Below, piece after piece: positions 27,030 to 34,371 of a stretch of 64,000 bases of DNA. Within the stretch, counting starts at the first letter, position 1. Each line of letters opens with the position of its first letter. The DNA comes from Candidatus Fervidifonticultor secundus (GTDB lineage: Bacteria; Sysuimicrobiota; Sysuimicrobiia; Sysuimicrobiales; Humicultoraceae), in the NCBI GenBank assembly GCA_031459385.1, contig JAVKIP010000003.1:113006-177005 (forward strand). Reading direction: 5' to 3'. The notes beneath the pieces were generated by a model. That model did not search any database, was not told the DNA's origin, and saw nothing but the letters and a program-made list of their open reading frames with translations. The position numbers were made by a program, and so were the translations under genes.

Positions 27030-28826
27030 ATGGGACGCGAGGCGCACACCCACGGCGCGCACGGGCACGGCCCGCACGCACGCCGCGGGCGGGGCGAGCG
27101 GGGCACCGCGATGCTGATGGCCCTGGTGGTGGTCCTGATCCTGGCCCTGCTGACCATCGCCCTGGCCAACGTCGCCGTCACCGAGTACTCCACGGCCGCC
27201 GCGCTGGATCGCAGCCTAAAGGCCCTGATCGGCGCCGAAGGGGCGGGCGAGGCCCTCATCGCGTTCCTGCGCACCCAGGCAGACTGGACAAACCTGGCAA
27301 CCACCGGTGGCTGGACGAACGGCAGCCTGCCCGCCGCCCTCCGGCAGGGCACGCTGCCGGGCAGCGACGTCAGCTATGAGATTCGCGTGCGCCACCTGTC
27401 CGGCCCGGGTTACGATCCGGCGGTCAACATCCTGGTGCGGGTCGTGGGCGAGGCGCGCGGACAGAGCCGGGCCGTCGAGTTCCTGCTGCACAGGGTGGGC
27501 CCGGCAGACTTCATCTTCTATTCGGTAGACAACGTGGACATCTGCTCGATCGCGGGCGGCGGCAGCCTGCAGTTCCACGGCTCGGCCTACTTCCAGGCCG
27601 ATCTGTGTCTCAAGGGGGGCGCCGAGTCGGGCTTCTACAACGACCGCCCGGTGTCCACGGCGCACCGCGACGCCAACGGGAACCAGCTCTTCCTCAACCA
27701 TCTGTACGTGCAGGGCAACCTGGACGGCACCGGCAACCCCTCCATCGGGACCGCCTCGCAGCACTACTTCTTCCTGCACGTGGCCGGGACGCTTACCAAC
27801 AGCAACAAGTTCTTCTATGACAACTTCGACCGGAACGTGAAAGACCCGTTCTATCCCGCCGTGGTGCAGATCGTCGCGCAGGCCGCCAGCAACCCGGCCA
27901 ATGCGGGGCGACAGCAGGGCACACAGATGGAGCTGGCCATCTGCGAGTACAACCCGGCCGGCAACACGTGGGCGAAGGTCTACACCCCGAACCTGAGCCT
28001 GCAGGCCGGCAAGGTCTTCTACCTGCCGCGCCCTACGGTCGAGACCGGCTACTGGCTCGCGGACACGAGCCCCTGCCCGAACTCCGGGACACTCCCCGAC
28101 GCGGTCCGCGCCTCGTCGCTCTACGCCCTCTACTGGGACGGACGGTCGAGCCCGGCCAGCGGGACCAGCAACCTGGTGATCCCGGTGTCCGACCGGCCGA
28201 TCTACGTGCCGGGGAAAGTGCTGCACGGGCAGAACGTCCGGTTCGAGGGCAAAGGGCAGATCGTGGCAGCCAACCAGCCCGGAGCCGGCGTCAGGCTCGC
28301 CGACGGCACGCGGGTGGCGGTAGCCGCGCAGAGCACGTGTGCCTGGAACCTGGACGACCCCACCGCTGCCAACGCCACCGGCAACGACTGCGGGGACAGC
28401 AACAATGCGGGCTACTGGGTCAGAGCGAAGGTCTCGCCATGCCGCCAGCCCCCGGGGCCGGGGCCGTTCGCCAACGACAACCCCGCCTCGACGTTCGTCC
28501 GGCGCTATGGCGCCAACGCCGCCGGCGATGTGGTCGTGTTCGTCGTCAACGGGAGTGCCGGGTCGCGGCTGAACGCCAACGCCTGCGACCAGGAGATGAA
28601 CCTGATGGCCGTCGTCGGCGACGCGGCCTCGAGCGCAGGCTTCCGGATGGCCTACAAGCTGCAGTGGTACGGCGTGTTGATGACCAGGCAGATGCGCCTG
28701 GGACAGGTGCCCGACTTCTGGCAGATGCCGGATACGTTCGGCGAGCTCCCCGGCTGGATGAAGAACATCCTGCTCGGGCAGAACTCCGGGGTGGTCCGCG
28801 TGGAGCGCTGGCGGGAGCTCTTCTAA
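27030..28826 (+). CDS. Module 2 X: large PilX/GspK-like minor pilin (598 aa)
   Basis: ATG 27030. It has a His-rich leader (HTHGAHGHGPH), then RG|TAMLMALVVVLILALLTIALANVAVTEYSTAAALDRSLKALIGAEGAGEA. The C-terminus is ...VRVERWRELF. Confidence 0.7.
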   Translation: MGREAHTHGAHGHGPHARRGRGERGTAMLMALVVVLILALLTIALANVAVTEYSTAAALDRSLKALIGAEGAGEALIAFLRTQADWTNLATTGGWTNGSLPAALRQGTLPGSDVSYEIRVRHLSGPGYDPAVNILVRVVGEARGQSRAVEFLLHRVGPADFIFYSVDNVDICSIAGGGSLQFHGSAYFQADLCLKGGAESGFYNDRPVSTAHRDANGNQLFLNHLYVQGNLDGTGNPSIGTASQHYFFLHVAGTLTNSNKFFYDNFDRNVKDPFYPAVVQIVAQAASNPANAGRQQGTQMELAICEYNPAGNTWAKVYTPNLSLQAGKVFYLPRPTVETGYWLADTSPCPNSGTLPDAVRASSLYALYWDGRSSPASGTSNLVIPVSDRPIYVPGKVLHGQNVRFEGKGQIVAANQPGAGVRLADGTRVAVAAQSTCAWNLDDPTAANATGNDCGDSNNAGYWVRAKVSPCRQPPGPGPFANDNPASTFVRRYGANAAGDVVVFVVNGSAGSRLNANACDQEMNLMAVVGDAASSAGFRMAYKLQWYGVLMTRQMRLGQVPDFWQMPDTFGELPGWMKNILLGQNSGVVRVERWRELF

Positions 28827-28929
28827 CCTTATCACTCGCAGGTAGCAGACGCCCGGGCGCCCGGCCGTGCCCTCCCGTCGTCGCCCCTCCCGCCCGGCTG
28901 GGCGGGTCTAGGACCGCGGTCTCCGGGGC

Positions 28930-29469
28930 ATGACCCTCCCGGGGGGACTCCGGTCAGAGGAGTGGGATCGCGTGCGGTGCCTTTGGCAGGCGGCCTGGCG
29001 TGGCCACACAGCTCCGACGGCCGCCGGCGTCACAGTCCTGGAGCTCGGGGTCGCGCTGGGCCTGGGGGCGTTGCTCCTGGCCCTAGCGATGCCACTGTAC
29101 TTCGGCTTCGTGCGCGAGCGCCGGGTGGCCCGCGTGGCCGAGGACCTGGCCGGCCTGCTGCGCTTCGCACAGCAGCGGGCGGTGGCCCAGTCGGTCGACA
29201 GCTGCGGCGTGCAGGTCGTCACCCTGAGCTCCCGCGCCGAGGTCCGGCGGATCCCGCGGGAGGCGGACGGCGACTGCGCCGACCCGGTGACGATCCGGGT
29301 CGGCGAGCCGTACCCGCAGGGTGTCGCCGTGGCCGAGGTCACCGTCGAGTTCTCCAGTGCGGGATCCCTGGCCACGGGCAGCGCGACCTCGATCGGCATC
29401 GCCTCGGGGGGTCGCACGCGCACGGTGTCGGTGCAGGCCGCCACGGGAAGGGTGGAGATCACGCCATGA
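28930..29469 (+). CDS. Module 3 H: FimT/GspH-like prepilin-type minor pilin
   Basis: The signal is ...HTAPTAAG|VTVLELGVALGLGALLLA, followed by AEDLAGLLRFAQQRA. An alternative start is GTG 28972, preceded by GAGGAG at 9 nt. Confidence 0.7.
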   Translation: MTLPGGLRSEEWDRVRCLWQAAWRGHTAPTAAGVTVLELGVALGLGALLLALAMPLYFGFVRERRVARVAEDLAGLLRFAQQRAVAQSVDSCGVQVVTLSSRAEVRRIPREADGDCADPVTIRVGEPYPQGVAVAEVTVEFSSAGSLATGSATSIGIASGGRTRTVSVQAATGRVEITP

Positions 29470-29996
29470 CGCCGCGCAAGCCGGATGGCGGGTTCACGCT
29501 GATCGAGGTGGTCATCGCCATGCTGCTGCTTGGCATCGTGGCGCTGGGGAGCAGCGGCGTGGTCCGGTCGCTGGGCCTGCTGGGGCGCTCGCAGATCTCC
29601 AGCGACCGCCACGAGCGGCCCGCGCGGCTGCGCACGCTGGCCATGGAGTACATCCAGGCCGAACTGGAGTACCTGCAGAACCGCTCGTACTACGCCCTGC
29701 GCGACGCCTCGGCGTGCAACCCGCCCGGGGCGCCCACGCCGATCGCCGCGGCGCGCCGCGTCCCGAGCAGCTACCTGGACGCCAGCGAGCCTCGCCTGCC
29801 GGCCTCGTTCGCAGCGGCGGACATCATCATCACGACGGATCCGACCATCACCGCGCCGGCGTCCCCGCCCCTGGACTGCCGGCCCAGGGTCATGAGCGTC
29901 ACCGTCTACCTGGCGCCCGGCGACCTGCCGGCTGTGCCCGGCGGCGCAGGCGGCACCCCCTTCATCCGCGGCGCCACGGCCCGGTCGTGGCGATAG
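29466..29996 (+). CDS. Module 3 V: PilV/GspI-like prepilin-type minor pilin
   Basis: ATG 29466 overlaps the upstream stop (ATGA). The signal is MTPRKPDGG|FTLIEVVIAMLLLGIVALG. Confidence 0.8.
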   Translation: MTPRKPDGGFTLIEVVIAMLLLGIVALGSSGVVRSLGLLGRSQISSDRHERPARLRTLAMEYIQAELEYLQNRSYYALRDASACNPPGAPTPIAAARRVPSSYLDASEPRLPASFAAADIIITTDPTITAPASPPLDCRPRVMSVTVYLAPGDLPAVPGGAGGTPFIRGATARSWR

Positions 29997-30025
29997 CCAC
30001 CGGACGCCGCCGGGAGGACGGAACG

Positions 30026-30661
30026 ATGCCACGGCACGCGACGCGGACGGCTGACCGGCGGGGCGAGCGGGCATTCACCGTGCTGGAAGTGCTGGTGGCG
30101 CTCAGCCTCTTCGGGGTGGTCCTGCTCACGGGCTTTGCGGCGTTCAACGCCAGCTACCGCGGTCTGGTGGCGGGCAAGGAGCTGGCCGACGAGCACCAGA
30201 ACGCGCGGCTGGTCCTGGAGTGGATCACCCGCCGGATTCGCCTTGCCGGCATCGGCGCGCCCCCCGGCACCACGGCCTTCTTCAGCGAAGCCGGTACCAG
30301 CGCCCTGGCGTTCGTCGCCGATACCGACGCCGACGGGGTACTCGAGTGGCGCCGGTACTGCCTGGATGCCGCCGCAGGCGCGGTCCGCGAGCAGGTGCTC
30401 GAACCCGCACCCACCCCGCTGCCGTCCCCCGGCGACGCCTGCGCCGGCGCGACCATCACCTCCCAGGGGCTGCATGCGCTGCGCGTCTCCCTGCTGCAGT
30501 TCTCGTACTTCAACGGGCAGGAGGCGGCAACCAGCGCCCTGTCCCAGATCCGCCGGGTCCGGATCGTGCTGGGCCTGGACTCGAACCGCTCGGGCGCCTA
30601 CGACGCCGCCCAGGACGTCACCTTCACGATGGACGCCGTGCTGCGGAACCCGCTCCAGTAG
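30026..30661 (+). CDS. Module 3 W: PilW/GspJ-like prepilin-type minor pilin
   Basis: ATG 30026. The signal is MPRHATRTADRRGERA|FTVLEVLVALSLFGVVLL, with Ala instead of Gly at -1. Confidence 0.7.
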   Translation: MPRHATRTADRRGERAFTVLEVLVALSLFGVVLLTGFAAFNASYRGLVAGKELADEHQNARLVLEWITRRIRLAGIGAPPGTTAFFSEAGTSALAFVADTDADGVLEWRRYCLDAAAGAVREQVLEPAPTPLPSPGDACAGATITSQGLHALRVSLLQFSYFNGQEAATSALSQIRRVRIVLGLDSNRSGAYDAAQDVTFTMDAVLRNPLQ

Positions 30662-30696
30662 CGGGGACGCCGTCTGCCGCCGGAGGGCATGTGACC

Positions 30697-32568
30697 ATGG
30701 ACAGCGCGCGACCCACAACGTCGGTCAGGCGATCGCCCGGCGAGGCCGGGCTGGCGCTGGCCCTCGTGCTCTTGACCATCAACGTCATCCTGATCGTCAC
30801 CGCGACCCTGGTGGCCATCGCGCTGAACGAGTACCAGGCCGCGGCTAGCGGCGAGCGGTCGCGCCAGGCATTTCAGCTGGCCGAGGCCGGGCTGGAGAAG
30901 GCGATCTACGAGCTAAAGCGCGACCTGGACTGGACCGACTCCGGCGCATCCGCAGCCGCCACCAGGAACCTCAACGACCCGCGGGAGTGGGCACCGCTGT
31001 GGGACGGGAGCGCGAACCTCGTCGACACGCCGTTCCCGGCGGGGGCGACGATCGGCGAGATCACCGTCGAGCTGTGCCGCGACGACAACTTCGGCGACGG
31101 CAACGGCTGCCCGGGCGTGCCCGCGCCGACCGTGGCCGGGTGCACCCCGAATGCCTGCATCTGGGTGCGGGCCACCGGGCGCATCCCCGGGCTGGCCGCG
31201 CGGCAGATCGAGTTCCTCCTGAGCCAGATGGCGCCGGGGTACGACCTGATCAACTACTCGGCGAGCCCCATCAACATCGGCGCCGGCGGCGGCGGCAACG
31301 GCAGTTTCATCCTCCACGGCTCGCTCTACATCGCCTCGTGCCTCGACCCCGACGGGGGCGGTCCCCAGCCGTGCGTGGGTCTCGTCATGCAGGGTGACGG
31401 CGCCATCCTCAACGACGTGCCGTATCCCACGCCGGGCGACCCGGACACCACCCCACCCTACAACAACAAGGTCTATGTGGTCGGTCAGATCCAGGGCCAG
31501 GGCAACTCGTGGCAGATCGGCCTGGACAGCCAGCCCATGCAGGGCGTCTATGCCACCCTGGGCTGGTCCAGCGGCTACGAGAACCAGATCGACGCGCTCG
31601 ACAAGGGGACCGTGGTGCCATTTGTACCCTTCCCCGACCCCTCGAAGCTCTGTGAGCCGGGGGCCCCCGGCGATCCACCGCGGTGCCTAATGAACCGGCT
31701 CAACCTGCCACCGGCCGACGGCGGCATCACGCCCATCAACGCCGACCTGGCGTACGTCTGCACGGCCGCCACCTGCACCACTGCGGCCTCGTGGACGCCG
31801 GTGTACATCCGGGGGCCCCTGGCCGACCCCCTCACGCCGCTGCGGCTCTCGGCGAACAACCCGACGCGCACCCGGGTCGTGATTCCCGACCGCAACCCCG
31901 ACGGCTCGCCGGCGGTGAACTGCACGACGACGCCGTCGACGTGCAATGTCGCCGCCGGGACCGGCAGCGTGAACGGGTCGGGGAACTTCTCCCTGGTCTA
32001 CAACGGCTACGCGGGCGCCGGCCAGGTGAACCTGTGGACGCAGTCCGGGGCCGATGCCTTCATCCACACCACCAAGCACGTTCGGATCGACGGCGACGTG
32101 CGCTACGCCGGCCGCACGACGTTCCTGATCGAGAACGCCGACGACGTGGGCGCGGCGATGCCGGCACTGGAGATCCGCGGGTCGGTCACGCCGCTGTGCC
32201 GGGCCAGCCAGACCACCTGCGCCCAGACGTTCGGTCAGGCCAACGGGGACACCTACGCGTTCGCGGTCGGCCCCAAGTGCACGGGCGCGCCGCCCAGCGG
32301 TTCGCTGGTCTGCACGCCGACCGGGGGCGGCGTCTACGTCCGGGGGTCGGGGATCGAGCTGAACCTGGTGGTGCTGGCCCACGGGACGCTCAAGAACGAC
32401 AACCCGCAGACCTGGTACGGCATGTTCATCGCGGGCCTGCTGGACTGGGACAACAACCCGTCCATCTATCCCGTGGCCAACCTGAAGGCGAACCTCCCGC
32501 CCGGCATCGCTCCGCTGGCCAAGCCGGGGTTCGGGCTGCAGATCACGCGATGGCGCGAGGTCTTTTAG
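30697..32568 (+). CDS. Module 3 X: large PilX/GspK-like minor pilin (623 aa)
   Basis: ATG 30697. The N-terminus is ...RRSPGEAG|LALALVLLTINVILIVTATLVAIALNEYQAAASGERSRQAFQLAEAGLEKA. The C-terminus is ...LQITRWREVF. Confidence 0.7.
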   Translation: MDSARPTTSVRRSPGEAGLALALVLLTINVILIVTATLVAIALNEYQAAASGERSRQAFQLAEAGLEKAIYELKRDLDWTDSGASAAATRNLNDPREWAPLWDGSANLVDTPFPAGATIGEITVELCRDDNFGDGNGCPGVPAPTVAGCTPNACIWVRATGRIPGLAARQIEFLLSQMAPGYDLINYSASPINIGAGGGGNGSFILHGSLYIASCLDPDGGGPQPCVGLVMQGDGAILNDVPYPTPGDPDTTPPYNNKVYVVGQIQGQGNSWQIGLDSQPMQGVYATLGWSSGYENQIDALDKGTVVPFVPFPDPSKLCEPGAPGDPPRCLMNRLNLPPADGGITPINADLAYVCTAATCTTAASWTPVYIRGPLADPLTPLRLSANNPTRTRVVIPDRNPDGSPAVNCTTTPSTCNVAAGTGSVNGSGNFSLVYNGYAGAGQVNLWTQSGADAFIHTTKHVRIDGDVRYAGRTTFLIENADDVGAAMPALEIRGSVTPLCRASQTTCAQTFGQANGDTYAFAVGPKCTGAPPSGSLVCTPTGGGVYVRGSGIELNLVVLAHGTLKNDNPQTWYGMFIAGLLDWDNNPSIYPVANLKANLPPGIAPLAKPGFGLQITRWREVF

Positions 32569-32610
32569 GGGTCTAGGGCGGCCCGGAAACGGGCAAAGAG
32601 TTCCAGGGCT

Positions 32611-32700
32611 CCTCCGACAAAGGCTACCCCGGAGCGATCCGGCGGGCGCAAAGCTCCAGAACCCGGGTTCTCCCAGGTTGGCTGAGCTACCGAAGAGGGG
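32611..32700 (+). promoter_or_regulatory. c-di-GMP-I (GEMM-I)-like riboswitch, copy C, leader of module 4
   Basis: CCUCCGACAAAGGCUACCCCGGAGCGAUCCGGCGGGCGCAAAGCUCCAGAACCCGGGUUCUCCCAGGUUGGCUGAGCUACCGAAGAGGGG. GTG 32707 follows after 6 nt. Confidence 0.7.
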
Positions 32701-32706
32701 AGAGTT

Positions 32707-33231
32707 GTGGGAACTGCCTTCTGCAGAGCCACGCGCACGGGCTCGAGCCCGTCCGCTCCGCACCGCACGCGCCGAATCCCACACGGTGCTCGTCAGGCGC
32801 CCTCTGGGCGCTGGCAGGCCGGGTACACGGTCCTGGAGCTGCTCATCGTCTCGGCGATCGGCCTGCTGGTGCTGTCGTTCGGGGTCGGCAGCATCAGCCG
32901 GGCCATGGCCCGCGAGGAGCTGGATGGCTGGGCCCGGGCCATCGCCGTCGAACTCACGGCCGCCCAGCAGGCGGCCATGACGCGCCGGACCAGCGTCACG
33001 GTGTCGTTCCAGAACAACGCCTTCATCGTGGTGGCCAGCGGCGGCGGCACGCTGCGCGCGCAGGACCTGCCGTCCCACATCAGCTTCGGCGCCACGCTGC
33101 AGACGGTGACGTTCGACCGGCGGGGGGTGCCAGGCGGCGCGTCCTCCGTATCGCTGACGAGCACGCGCGCCGGGAAGACCTACACCATCACGATCCAGCC
33201 CAACACGGGACGGGTGACCGCAGATGGCTGA
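32707..33231 (+). CDS. Module 4 H: FimT/GspH-like prepilin-type minor pilin
   Basis: GTG 32707 follows directly after the AGAGGGG of the leader element. The signal is ...SGRWQAG|YTVLELLIVSAIGLLVL, followed by ARAIAVELTAAQQAA. Confidence 0.7.
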   Translation: MGTAFCRATRTGSSPSAPHRTRRIPHGARQAPSGRWQAGYTVLELLIVSAIGLLVLSFGVGSISRAMAREELDGWARAIAVELTAAQQAAMTRRTSVTVSFQNNAFIVVASGGGTLRAQDLPSHISFGATLQTVTFDRRGVPGGASSVSLTSTRAGKTYTITIQPNTGRVTADG

Positions 33232-33661
33232 CCGCCCGCGCGCCCGCCGCGCCAGCGGCGGGTTCACCCTGATCGAGGTCGTCGTCGCCATGGCCGTGCT
33301 CTCCCTGGTGGCCACCACCGCGCTGGGCGGGCTGCTGTTCACCATGACCCAGACCCGGCGCGGCTTCGACCGGGCCCAGGCCGCGGCATGGGTCCAGGCC
33401 GAGCTGGACTTCCTGCGCACCATGGGGTACGGGCTGGCGCCGGGGACGCGCACTGTGCCCACTGACGGCTATCTGGCCAACAGCGACCTGCAGGAACCGC
33501 GGATTCCCGACGGGTTCGACCGGGCCGAGATCGTCGTCGAGGACCTCACCGGCAGCCTGGGCATTCCCCTGAAGTCCATGACGGTGCGCCTGTACCAGAC
33601 GCCGACCTCCCCGCCCTACACGATCCTCGTCACGTATGTGGCGAACTTCGACTACCCGTGA
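33224..33661 (+). CDS. Module 4 V: PilV/GspI-like prepilin-type minor pilin
   Basis: The signal is MADRPRARRASGG|FTLIEVVVAMAVLSLV. It overlaps the H gene by 8 nt. Confidence 0.8.
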   Translation: MADRPRARRASGGFTLIEVVVAMAVLSLVATTALGGLLFTMTQTRRGFDRAQAAAWVQAELDFLRTMGYGLAPGTRTVPTDGYLANSDLQEPRIPDGFDRAEIVVEDLTGSLGIPLKSMTVRLYQTPTSPPYTILVTYVANFDYP

Positions 33662-34371
33662 GCGGACCAGCGATGCGCCGGCCTGGGGCAGCACGGCACG
33701 GACAGGCGGGGATCTCCCTCGTCGAGGTCATGGTGGCCATGGTCATCATGACGGTCGTCATCGGGACGATCGCGACGCTGGTGGGCGCGTCGGTCCGCAG
33801 CAAGATGATCGTGGCCAGCCGGTCCTCCGACACGGAGACGGCACGCCAGACGCTGGAGATGATGTCCGAGCGGCTGCGCAACGCGGGGCTGAACATCGAC
33901 CCTGCGGCCCAGCCCGACCGCTGCGACGACATGGTCGTGGCCAAGGACCCGGCCCTGCGGCCGACGGCGACCCAGCTCTACGTGGCCGGCGAGATCTTCA
34001 ACTCGAACACGACCGCGGGCGACCAGGTGATCGTGCTGGGCTACCGGCTCACCGGCGGCCGGATCGTCGAGGACCGCAGCGCGTGCGGCGTATGGGCTCC
34101 GACGACCAGCGATGTCTCGAACCCCGGGATCACGGTGACGAGCCTGCTCTTCCGGTACTTCGGCTCAAGCGGCGGCGAGATCACCGTACCCACAACCGAC
34201 GAGGAGGCGATCCGGAGCATCCGCGTGGTGCAGATCAGCCTCACGGTCCGGGCCGAGGAGGGACGGTCGGGCGCCCAGATCCAGCGCTTCAGCCGGCAGG
34301 TGATGCTGCGCAACCCCCGGCCGGACCGCAGTGGCTGGCTGCCGCCGGCCGGATGGGAGACGAATCCATGA
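33658..34371 (+). CDS. Module 4 W: PilW/GspJ-like prepilin-type minor pilin
   Basis: GTG 33658 overlaps the upstream stop (GTGA). The signal is ...ARHGQAG|ISLVEVMVAMVIMTVVIG. Confidence 0.75.
   Translation: MSGPAMRRPGAARHGQAGISLVEVMVAMVIMTVVIGTIATLVGASVRSKMIVASRSSDTETARQTLEMMSERLRNAGLNIDPAAQPDRCDDMVVAKDPALRPTATQLYVAGEIFNSNTTAGDQVIVLGYRLTGGRIVEDRSACGVWAPTTSDVSNPGITVTSLLFRYFGSSGGEITVPTTDEEAIRSIRVVQISLTVRAEEGRSGAQIQRFSRQVMLRNPRPDRSGWLPPAGWETNP

Noticed and set aside
28827-28929. A fourth copy of the GEMM-like leader was looked for upstream of module 3.
   Set aside because: Neither strand contains the GCGCAAAG, CCCCGGAGCGAUCCGG or CCGAAGAGGG blocks. Only a short CGCCCGGGCG palindrome is present.
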